A stretch of 51,735 nucleotides of DNA from Deltaproteobacteria bacterium (GTDB lineage: Bacteria > Desulfobacterota > DSM-4660 > Desulfatiglandales > HGW-15): the NCBI GenBank assembly GCA_037380925.1, contig JARRRH010000001.1, positions 1 through 51,735 on the forward strand, read 5' to 3'. Of the stretch, positions 35,015-43,285 are shown one piece after another (position 1 is the stretch's first letter; each line of letters begins with the position of its first letter). The position numbers and the translations under genes are program-made. A model generated the notes under the pieces. The model was not told the DNA's origin, searched no databases, and saw only the letters and a list, made by a program, of their open reading frames with translations.

Positions 35015-35147
35015 GTCAGCTCAAGTTTTGAAGTAGGGGACGTTGGTAGGCTTTGAACGATTTGATGTGCTCCACAGTGTATCAACCCCAGCGCCTGTTT
35101 TAACCAAAAAGGCCGTTAAGAAAGTCTGCAAAACGTACCAGCGTCCC

Positions 35148-36167
35148 CTAATAGCCGCCGTAGGCCTGGAGTTCCTCCTTGTTTATCTTGACGATCCAGG
35201 GGTCTTTGGACATGCGGAGGAGAGGCTTCATCTGCTGACCCGCAGCCAATGCCTCTGAAATGCCCTGAAAGAAACCAACGCGAAGCCTGATCCATTCCTC
35301 CCCTGCTAAAGAGCATTTGGTGAGGTAGACATGGTAACCGTTTTTCATGAGAAGAACGGCGGATTCAACCATTCCATCGGGGGACCGCCCTGAGGCAAGA
35401 TCGACCACCCAGAGCTTGTCGCCGAGTGCGTTCAAATTATGGGAGACCTCTTCAGGGGTCACATACTTGAGAGGAACCCCTTCGCGGAGATTCGCGTCCG
35501 GGAGGTTTTCTGACGCCTTCATCCCCCCAAACACATCCATGTTGAGACGGTAAATGGAAGGCCACTTGAGTGGGTCGCCGTAAACATCCTCGCGACCGGC
35601 GATCCTGAGAAGTGTATCGCCCTTTCGGACCCGGTAATGAGCATACTCGATGGTCCTGTCGGAATCTCCTTCTTTTTCCTCCCGGCCTGTCATTTCAGAG
35701 AAAGGGCCCGGGACTTTCTCGTCAACAGGCTTCGGAAGTTTCGGAGCTACTGCAACAGGTGGGGAATATGGGAGGGGCTTTTCGCTTAGAGCGGCAGGGG
35801 CCGTAAGTTGGCTTTGCAAGAGCTCGAGATTTGTCTTGGCTATCTCAAGCAGGTCCTTTCCCTCTAAGGACTGGATGTTGCTCAAATTGGCTTGTTCCAC
35901 AGGCTGAAGCGCGATCACCCTCTCGTACATTTTCCGAGCCTTTTCAAGGCGTCCTGTCTCGTGGTAGACAACCCCCATATTGACCAGTGCATAAGGGTTG
36001 TCCGGGTTCAGGGAGAGCGCCTCCTCCAGGTGAATTTCTGCTTCACCATAGTTGCCTCTTGAGATCTCTTCAAACCCCCTGTTTGAAAGGACCACGTCCT
36101 TATTGGCGCAACCGAGCCCAAAAGCACCGAGCAGGAGAACCACTGAGACCAACCGGAAACCCCTCAT
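35148..36167 (-). CDS. TPR / LysM-like / SPOR-domain envelope (lipo)protein
   Basis: ATG 36167 (MRGFRLVSVVLLLGAFGLGC, signal with Cys) follows GGGGA. TPR: GNYGEAEIHLEEALSLNPDNPYALVNMGVVYHETGRLEKARKMYERVIALQP. LysM-like: YRVRKGDTLLRIAG...WPSIYRLN. C-terminal SPOR-like: WVVDLASGRS...IRLRVGFFQGISEALAAG. Confidence 0.75.
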   Translation of the reverse strand: MRGFRLVSVVLLLGAFGLGCANKDVVLSNRGFEEISRGNYGEAEIHLEEALSLNPDNPYALVNMGVVYHETGRLEKARKMYERVIALQPVEQANLSNIQSLEGKDLLEIAKTNLELLQSQLTAPAALSEKPLPYSPPVAVAPKLPKPVDEKVPGPFSEMTGREEKEGDSDRTIEYAHYRVRKGDTLLRIAGREDVYGDPLKWPSIYRLNMDVFGGMKASENLPDANLREGVPLKYVTPEEVSHNLNALGDKLWVVDLASGRSPDGMVESAVLLMKNGYHVYLTKCSLAGEEWIRLRVGFFQGISEALAAGQQMKPLLRMSKDPWIVKINKEELQAYGGY

Positions 36168-36368
36168 AATATATCCCCATTTCCTAAATCGTATCGGTTC
36201 TCGATAATACACCTATTTGTGGGCAAATAGTAGGCAAGATTGGCAGGTTTTTAAGGTCTGCCTCGCCCGGGTGCACAGCATAAAATGTACTTCGATCAAA
36301 AAAGCGGTTGAGGATCTCTTAGCCGGCGGAGTTCAGGAAATCGTCGAGGATTTTCAGTGTTTTTTTGG

Positions 36369-36860
36369 TCACGGACAAGCGGATTTTTCGCTAGATTGGA
36401 GGGGTCTCTGGAACGACTTGCCGCAATGAAGATCGGTAGGTGTTGTGGGGTTCTCTGATTCTGTCCCTGAAGGAGAGTCAGTTTCAGAGAAGGCCGGAGC
36501 GCTGTTATGGGAGTTCATGTGGCATTTCCCTTCAAAGACAACGCCAGGCTCCATTACGAGCTGTTCAGTGGAAATATCCCCATAAAGCTTTCCGTTCTCT
36601 CTTATTTCCAAATGCTTTTTTGCAGTCGCATTTCCTATGAGCTCTCCAGCAACTAGGACACTTTGCGCTACAACGTCACCTTCTACTTTACCTGTTTTAC
36701 CAATGAGCATGGCGCCTTCGGATTCGATCCTTCCCTTGAAACGGCCATCAATCCGTACAGCCCCCTGGCTCGTCAGTGTTCCCTCAAAGAAGACTTCAGG
36801 GCCGATAATCGTATAAAAAGACTGGCTTTTTCCATTACCGTTTTTCGCTGTAAACCTCAC
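36369..36860 (-). CDS. Bactofilin (polymer-forming cytoskeletal protein)
   Basis: IIGPEVFFEGTLTSQGAVRIDGRFKGRIESEGAMLIGKTGKVEGDVVAQSVLVAGELIGNATAKKHLEIRENGKLYGDISTEQLVMEPGVVFEG is the classic bactofilin beta-helix repeat. GTG start 4 nt after the M23 gene stop. Confidence 0.85.
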   Translation of the reverse strand: MRFTAKNGNGKSQSFYTIIGPEVFFEGTLTSQGAVRIDGRFKGRIESEGAMLIGKTGKVEGDVVAQSVLVAGELIGNATAKKHLEIRENGKLYGDISTEQLVMEPGVVFEGKCHMNSHNSAPAFSETDSPSGTESENPTTPTDLHCGKSFQRPLQSSEKSACP

Positions 36861-36864
36861 CCTC

Positions 36865-37839
36865 TCATTCCTCCTGTGCCGTCAAAAGGAGGTTTTGATC
36901 CCAATCCATCATGTGGTGGAAGGGGTTTATGCACTTTCCATTCTTGTGCAGTTCATAGTGAAGGTGGTAACCCGTGCTTCTTCCGGAGTTTCCCATACAG
37001 GCGATCATCTCTCCTCTTTCCACATTCTGTCCCTTCTTCACTGAAGCTTTAAGCAAGTGGCCGTATTCGGTCTCATAGGCCGCATTGTGCCTTATCTTGA
37101 CAGTTAAGCCTAAAGAGCCGTTTTTGCCTACAAAGACCACTTTCCCTTTGGCAGGAGCCACTATCGGTGTTCCCTTCCAACCCGCAATGTCTATGCCCGT
37201 GTGAAACTGTTTTTTGCCGGTAAAGGGGCTTATCCTCATACCAAAGGGAGAAGAGATCCACGAATGCTGTGGATCAACTGGAGATATAGATGGTGTGTGC
37301 TCCAGCTTGTCCCTCCTCTCCTGAAGGGTGGTGATTATTTCCTGCAGATCCCCATCGAGCCGCCTGATCTCCGGGGGAGACAAAAAATCGGAAAAATTGG
37401 ACCTGTAAGCATTCATAAGGGTCAGGTTTTCAGAACCAGATAGATCGGATTCGGAGTGAAAATCCTGGGGAGCGATTTCCAAGCCTCCTTGCCCGATGGT
37501 CCCCTGACCAGAGCCCTGGGGTTCCAGTCCTAGGAAGTTCTGAATGAAACCGGCCTTTTCTCTGATTTTTAGAAGCTCCTTGTTCAGGTGATCAATCTTT
37601 TTCCTTTGCTCCTCCACCTGAAACTTTGCAGACTGGTTTTCCTTCTCTAAGTAATAAGACCTCTGAGCAAGGCGGTGAAAACGGTACATACTCCACGTCC
37701 CCGCACCTCCCAAGAACAGGGTGGCCACGAATGCACAGCAAAAAATCATCCAGAGAAAAGAAGGGAGAGAAATTTTCACAATCCTCTTTTCAGGACTGGA
37801 AGGCATGAACAGAAGGGTTTGATATGTTTTGCCCGGCAT
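36865..37839 (-). CDS. M23 family metallopeptidase (membrane-anchored, coiled-coil N-terminal region)
   Basis: HTGIDIAGWKGTPIVAPAKGKVVF...YGHL...GNSGRSTGYHLHYELHKNG (HxxxD and HxH motifs). N-terminal TM segment LWMIFCCAFVATLFLGGAG. Confidence 0.9.
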   Translation of the reverse strand: MPGKTYQTLLFMPSSPEKRIVKISLPSFLWMIFCCAFVATLFLGGAGTWSMYRFHRLAQRSYYLEKENQSAKFQVEEQRKKIDHLNKELLKIREKAGFIQNFLGLEPQGSGQGTIGQGGLEIAPQDFHSESDLSGSENLTLMNAYRSNFSDFLSPPEIRRLDGDLQEIITTLQERRDKLEHTPSISPVDPQHSWISSPFGMRISPFTGKKQFHTGIDIAGWKGTPIVAPAKGKVVFVGKNGSLGLTVKIRHNAAYETEYGHLLKASVKKGQNVERGEMIACMGNSGRSTGYHLHYELHKNGKCINPFHHMMDWDQNLLLTAQEE

Positions 37840-38321
37840 GAAATAGCTCCTTGTCTGTTCCGGCTGGGTCTATTACCTCATGGTTTACCCCTGTTAATGC
37901 GGCTTAAAGACACGTATTTTTCAGACATGAAAAAGCCCCGGGGCCATAAGGCGCCTCATCTCCAATCAACCTGCTAAATGCGAACACTCTGTAGCCATAG
38001 GGTGAAATGAACACAAAAATTACCGCTTTGTATGTTATTTCTTACACCCTGTCAAATCCAGGCCCCGTAAAAAGATATTTTTACAGGGCACGGGCCAACT
38101 TAGGTGCCTTATTTTCCTCAGGAAACAGGAATAACGCCTGGAAGATCAGAGAGCGCCCTGGTTAAAACAGATTTCTTTTCAGATAAATACACGCAAGACC
38201 CATACCATATTGAAACCCTTTCGCATTTCCTTTATAACTTCCCTGTTGACTTTACACGTGATCTCTGGGTACAGAGTCCAAGTCAAATGAATGTTCACTC
38301 TGAACATGGAGGAGGATGATC

Positions 38322-38987
38322 ATGAAAAAGCTCTTAATTCTCTTTTTGGTGGTTTCCTTTTTGTTGATGGGTATGGGATGTGCCGAGTGGAGCCGAACCC
38401 AGAAAGGGGCTGTGATCGGCGCGGGCGCCGGTGGTGCACTCGGGGGCCTGATCGGCCACAAAGCCGGCAGCACGGCTGTGGGGGTATTGCTTGGTGCAGC
38501 TATAGGAGGGGCAGCTGGAGCGTACATCGGTAACTATATGGATAAGCAGGCCGCTGAGATAGAAAGGGACATTGCCGGAGCACGTGTTGAGCGAGTGGGA
38601 GAAGGGATAAAGATAACCTTCAGCTCCGGAATTATGTTTGACGTCGACAAAGCTGACGTGAAGGATCAATACCGGGCAGAGCTTGGTGAACTTGCCACGA
38701 TCCTTAACAAATATGAAGACACGAATATCCTCCTTGAAGGGCACACAGACTCGACAGGCTCGGAAGAACACAATCTTGACTTGTCAAGAAGGCGGGCTCA
38801 ATCTGTAGGGAACTACCTCGCCACCCAGAATGTAAATGCCGCTCGCTTTGCGATAAACGGGTATGGTGAATCACAACCGATTGCAACCAACGACACCCCT
38901 GAAGGCAGGGCCCAAAACCGGCGTGTTGAGGTCGCCATATACGCTAATGAGAAACTGAAGAAAGCCGCTATGGAGAAAACAGGTTAG
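38322..38987 (+). CDS. OmpA-family protein with N-terminal glycine-zipper region (probable lipoprotein)
   Basis: ATG 38322 follows GGAGGAGG (38308-38315); ATG 38316 is also possible. [20 protein letters not shown], Gly-zipper [13 protein letters not shown]...[13 protein letters not shown], and OmpA C-like motifs [25 protein letters not shown]...NRRVEV. Confidence 0.9.
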   Translation: MKKLLILFLVVSFLLMGMGCAEWSRTQKGAVIGAGAGGALGGLIGHKAGSTAVGVLLGAAIGGAAGAYIGNYMDKQAAEIERDIAGARVERVGEGIKITFSSGIMFDVDKADVKDQYRAELGELATILNKYEDTNILLEGHTDSTGSEEHNLDLSRRRAQSVGNYLATQNVNAARFAINGYGESQPIATNDTPEGRAQNRRVEVAIYANEKLKKAAMEKTG

Positions 38988-39165
38988 CGGAACTTCAAGA
39001 GGCTTCTCCAAAAAAAGATCAAAGAGCTCTAAGGCCTTTGCCTCAATGCTCCGTGATGAGCCAGACGCGGTTCCGGCCAAATCACATGGGGAGAGGGCCA
39101 TTCCAAAAGGCGGGTCCTGCGGCCCGTCGACTGCAGCTTCAAAAGACAGAATGAAAGGAAGAGGC

Positions 39166-40887
39166 ATGGTCTTTAAACATGACGTCGTCATTGTTGGTGC
39201 GGGGTTGGCCGGAGTGAGGGTAGCCCTTGAGCTGGCGGGCAAAGTCGACGTTGCGGTGATCAGCAAGGTTTATCCTACCAGATCACATTCAGGCGCTGCT
39301 CAGGGAGGCATGGCCGCTGCACTGGGGAACGAAGAAGAGGATTCCTGGGAATGGCACATGTTTGATACGGTCAAAGGCGGTGATTACCTGACGGATCAGG
39401 ACATGGCCGAAATCCTGGCCAAAGCGGCCCCGAGAGCAGTCTATGAGCTGGAGCACTTGGGTGTGCCGTTCAATCGCAATGCGAAAGGAAAGATAGCTCA
39501 GAGGACCTTTGGCGGACATACCAGCGATTTTGGGAAGAAGACGGTCAAGAGAGCTTGTTACGCTTCCGACCACACCGGCCGGGTCATGATGGACACCCTT
39601 TATGCGGAGTCGGGACGGCGTGGGATAAAAGTCTACCCGGAGTTTTACATGGTGGACCTGATTCGACAGGAGGCCGGGGTGACGGGTGTGGTAGCCTATG
39701 AACTCGCCACGGGCGAGGTGCACTTCTTTCACAGCCGTGCCCTTGTCCTTGCCACGGGCGGCTTTGGAAAGCTCTACCAGACCACATCGAACGGCCATGC
39801 CAACACGGGTGACGGCGCTGCTCTTGCATACCGGGCCGGTATTCCGCTGGAGGATTTGGAGTTCGTGCAGTTTCATCCGACAGGCATCTACGGCCTTGGT
39901 GTTCTTATCAGTGAGGCGGCAAGGGGAGAAGGTGGAATACTTCGGAATGATAAAGGGGAGCGGTTTATGGAAAAATACGCCCCCACCATTAAAGACCTTG
40001 CTGCAAGGGATGTGGTCTCTAGAGCCATCGAAAAGGAAATACGGGAAGGCAGGGGGATCAACGGAAAGGACTATGTTCACCTGGATTTGACCCACCTGGG
40101 AAAAGACGTTCTTTCGGAAAAACTTCACGAGATTGCATCCTTTGCAAGAATCTATGCAGGCATCGAGCCGGCGGAAGAGCCTATTCCGGTGAAACCCACC
40201 TGTCACTACATGATGGGTGGAATTCCTGCCAATGCCGGAGGTCAGGTCCTGGATGAAAAGCAGCAGCCGGTGACCGGGCTCTACGCGGTAGGCGAGTGCG
40301 CCTGTCTCTCTCTTCACGGTGCAAACCGCCTGGGGACCAACTCTCTCCTCGATTTGATCGTCTTCGGTCGTCTGGCAGGAGAAAATATTTTGCAGGGAAT
40401 AGGCAGCCTGGCCTGGATAGAACCGCAGCCCCAACCTGAAAAGGCAACCATCGAGCGTATCAAGGAGCTGAAGGAGAGAAAAAAGGGCGAGAGGATCGCC
40501 TCGGTGAGGCGATCTCTTCAAAGCCTCATGATGGAGCACTGCGCCAGTTTTCGAACAGAGGAAGGCCTCGGCAAGGCCAGCTCTGCCGTCAGCGACCTCA
40601 AGGCACAGTACGAGCATGTCCTCCTACATGACAAGGGCACTCGGTTTAACACGGACCTCACGGAAGCGATGGAACTGCGAGGCCTGCTGGACCTGGCTGA
40701 AGCGATTATCCTCTCGGCGGAACTGAGAGAAGAAAGCCGCGGTGCTCATTTCCGGGAAGATTACCCGGATCGGGACGACCAGAACTGGCTGAAGCATACC
40801 CTGGTTCAAGAAACAGAAGGGGTGCCTCGGCCCTTTTACAAACCGGTGACCATCACCCGGTTCCAACCAAAACCGAGGGAATATTGA
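39166..40887 (+). CDS. sdhA: Succinate dehydrogenase / fumarate reductase flavoprotein subunit
   Basis: ATG 39166 follows [42 protein letters not shown] (FAD-His site), FVQFHPTG, and the SdhA/FrdA C-terminal domain. The direction of catalysis cannot be told from sequence. Confidence 0.9.
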   Translation: MVFKHDVVIVGAGLAGVRVALELAGKVDVAVISKVYPTRSHSGAAQGGMAAALGNEEEDSWEWHMFDTVKGGDYLTDQDMAEILAKAAPRAVYELEHLGVPFNRNAKGKIAQRTFGGHTSDFGKKTVKRACYASDHTGRVMMDTLYAESGRRGIKVYPEFYMVDLIRQEAGVTGVVAYELATGEVHFFHSRALVLATGGFGKLYQTTSNGHANTGDGAALAYRAGIPLEDLEFVQFHPTGIYGLGVLISEAARGEGGILRNDKGERFMEKYAPTIKDLAARDVVSRAIEKEIREGRGINGKDYVHLDLTHLGKDVLSEKLHEIASFARIYAGIEPAEEPIPVKPTCHYMMGGIPANAGGQVLDEKQQPVTGLYAVGECACLSLHGANRLGTNSLLDLIVFGRLAGENILQGIGSLAWIEPQPQPEKATIERIKELKERKKGERIASVRRSLQSLMMEHCASFRTEEGLGKASSAVSDLKAQYEHVLLHDKGTRFNTDLTEAMELRGLLDLAEAIILSAELREESRGAHFREDYPDRDDQNWLKHTLVQETEGVPRPFYKPVTITRFQPKPREY

Positions 40888-40889
40888 TC

Positions 40890-41594
40890 ATGGAAGTCCA
40901 CTTCAAGATTTTTCGGTATGATCCCGCTGTTGACCCGGGTCCCTATTACCGACATTACAAGGTAGAGGCGAATCCGCAGGACCGGATACTGGACTGCCTG
41001 AACCGCATCAAGTGGGAGCAGGACGGGACCCTCAGCTATCGCATGTCCTGCGGCCACGGCGTGTGCGGGTCAGACGGGATGAGGATCAACGGGACGTGTG
41101 GCCTCGCCTGCCAGAAAATCATTAAAGACTACACGTGCCCTGAGATTGTTCTGGAGCCCCTGCCTGTGTTCAGAGTCCTCAAAGACCTGGTGGTGGACAT
41201 GGATTCCTTTCTGGAGGGGATCAACGCGGTGAAACCGTACCTCATACCCAGGGAAAAGCCGGACAAAGAAATCCTCCAGAGCCCGGAGGACCGGAAAAAA
41301 GTGGATGAGGTGGTTCGTTGCATCCTGTGTGCCTGCTGCACCGCGAGTTGCCCGGTCATGGGTTACAACAAGAATTACGTGGGACCCGCCGCCCTTGTCT
41401 GGATGTATCGCTATATTTTCGACTCTCGAGATGATGCCCACGAAGAGCGGCTGAGACAGGCTGATGCCCCGAACGGTGCTTGGCCCTGCGTCAACCACTT
41501 TGAATGCACCCGGGTGTGCCCCAAGGACATTCCGGTTACAAAGTCCATCAACACGATCAAGAGAGAGATAAAAAAGGCTCTGGGGAAAACCTAG
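40890..41594 (+). CDS. sdhB: Succinate dehydrogenase / fumarate reductase iron-sulfur subunit
   Basis: ATG 40890 is 9 nt after GAGGGA; TTG 40884 overlaps the sdhA stop. Cluster ligands SCGHGVCGSDGMRINGTCGLAC, CILCACCTASCP and CVNHFECTRVCP. Confidence 0.9.
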   Translation: MEVHFKIFRYDPAVDPGPYYRHYKVEANPQDRILDCLNRIKWEQDGTLSYRMSCGHGVCGSDGMRINGTCGLACQKIIKDYTCPEIVLEPLPVFRVLKDLVVDMDSFLEGINAVKPYLIPREKPDKEILQSPEDRKKVDEVVRCILCACCTASCPVMGYNKNYVGPAALVWMYRYIFDSRDDAHEERLRQADAPNGAWPCVNHFECTRVCPKDIPVTKSINTIKREIKKALGKT

Positions 41595-41622
41595 TGGATC
41601 TCTGAACCATGAGGAGGATCTT

Positions 41623-42804
41623 ATGGGCTTGAAGGAGAAATACGCTGTTGTAGGCGTGGGGTACACGCCGCAGGGCCGGGTTCCTGACAGAACCTCCCTG
41701 AGTTTTCATCTTGAGGCCGCAGCAAACGCAATTCGTGATGCCGGGCTCAAGAGGGAGGACATTGACGGGCTGATCTGTTACAGGCATTTTCCTCCTTGTA
41801 GCGGCGAAGGAGAGGTGACCCCTCAAATCGTGGTACAGCACCTGGGGATAAGCCCGGCCTACCTGAGCCAGGATGCCAATTGATCCAGAAGCCACCTCCA
41901 GCACGCAGTTGGCGTGTTAGATGCAGGGCTGTGTAACTATGTGGTTATTACCTACGGGCACAGTGCTCTTTCAGGTGGTGGAATGGAGCTCTTGCTCAAA
42001 GAGGTAACCCGGGAAGATGCTGTGTTTGGTCATTCTGGTCTGTTCGGCCACTTCGGAGCAACCGGCGGATACGCCCTTGCTGCAAGACGGGCCATGCATG
42101 CCTTTAACACCGGACCGGACACCTGGAAACACATTGCCGTGGGAGAACGAAAATGGGCAAATCTGAATCCAAAGGCGGTGATGTACAAACAGAAAATGAC
42201 CTTTGAAGACTACTATGATGCAAGATGGGTTGTGGAGCCGTTTCGCCTCCTTGATACTTGTCTTATCAATGACGGGGGGCGCGCTGTGGTGGTGACCTCT
42301 ACAGAAAGAGCAAAAGATCTCAGACACCCTCCTGCCCTTATCTTGGGCATGGGCCAGCACAACCCCTCTTGGGAAATCTCTCAAGCCACCTACATGGCGG
42401 GACCAACAGGTGCGAAGAGAGCCGGGGAGGCGGCCTTTAAGATGGCAGGGCTCAGCCTTGAGGATGTTGATGCATGTCAAATCTACGATTGCTTTACTTA
42501 CACGGTCGAGATCACCCTCCAGGACTATGGGTTTTTCGGCCCGGGAGAAGGCAAAGACTGGTTTAAGGACGGGACCATTGAACCGGGTGGAAAGATGCCT
42601 GTGAACACGTCCGGAGGGCAGCTCTCAGAAGCTTATTTCATGGGGCTTACCCCCCTTTCGGAAGCAGTCATGCAAATCATGGGGCGTTGTGGCGAGAGGC
42701 AACTGGGGCCAAGGACGAAAACCAGGGAGCCCAACATCATCCTTTGCAGTGATAACGGAGGAGTGCTTCAATCTCATTCCTGCTATATTCTGGGGAGGAC
42801 CTGA
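41623..42804 (+). CDS. Thiolase-like (SCP-x/DUF35-partnered type) protein with an in-frame TGA at codon 87: candidate selenoprotein, otherwise a pseudogene
   Basis: ATG 41623 follows GAGGAGGA. The 86-aa N-terminal ORF (MGLKEKYAVVGVGYTPQG...) and ORF 41914..42804 are in the same frame, separated only by TGA 41881-41883. Read-through gives ...SQDAN-U-SRSHLQHAVGVLDAGLCNYVVITYG, resembling thiolase ...NN-C-A(S/T)G....A...I..G..D.V. Confidence 0.6.
41900..41918 (+). promoter_or_regulatory. SECIS-like hairpin 17 nt downstream of the in-frame UGA
   Basis: AGCACGC-AGUUG-GCGUGUU forms a 7-bp stem (five central Watson-Crick pairs of which four are G-C, plus a G-U and an A-U at the base) with a 5-nt apical loop AGUUG (41907-41911). 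Confidence 0.35.
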
Positions 42805-42809
42805 TACAA

Positions 42810-43220
42810 ATGGTTGATAAAAAGCCTTTGCCCGTGCCGAACGCGGATACCAAACCCTTTTGGGATGGTTGTAGGGAGCATGAATTAAGGTTCCAGAGGT
42901 GCTGGGAGTGCGGCCATGTGCGCTGGCCTCCATCCACGTTTTGCCCCAAATGCCACTCAGGCGCCCATGATATGATCACAGCGAGCGGGAAAGGGAGGGT
43001 GTTCACCTTCGCCGTCTATCACCAGGCACACCACCCGGCGTTCAGGGATGAAGTGCCCTATGTGGTCGCTGTTGTAGAACTCGAGGAAGGTGTGCGCCTG
43101 CTTTCCAACATTGTGGGATGCAGACACGATGAGGTGAGATGCGAGATGCCGGTAGAGGTGACCTGGGAGGATCTAAGCGAAGAGTTCAGCCTGCCGCAAT
43201 TCAAGCCCCGCTCTTTGTAA
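42810..43220 (+). CDS. DUF35 family Zn-ribbon / OB-fold protein (thiolase partner)
   Basis: ATG 42810 follows GGGGAGGA, 5 nt after the thiolase stop. Four-Cys ribbon CWECGHVRWPPSTFCPKC, then an OB-fold segment GKGRVFTFAVYH...PYVVAVVELEEGVRLLSNI. Confidence 0.85.
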   Translation: MVDKKPLPVPNADTKPFWDGCREHELRFQRCWECGHVRWPPSTFCPKCHSGAHDMITASGKGRVFTFAVYHQAHHPAFRDEVPYVVAVVELEEGVRLLSNIVGCRHDEVRCEMPVEVTWEDLSEEFSLPQFKPRSL

Positions 43221-43285
43221 CGTCCTTTGCTTTTTCCCGGCTTTAGACACAAAAATTTCTAAACGTTCACCTTCTGTCAAAACGG

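Noticed and set aside
39289-40617. 442-aa minus-strand ORF opposite sdhA, and similar antisense ORFs opposite the rSAM, thiolase, nrdJ and ATPase genes
   Set aside because: Each is antisense to a gene with strong family motifs, and none has recognisable motifs of its own.
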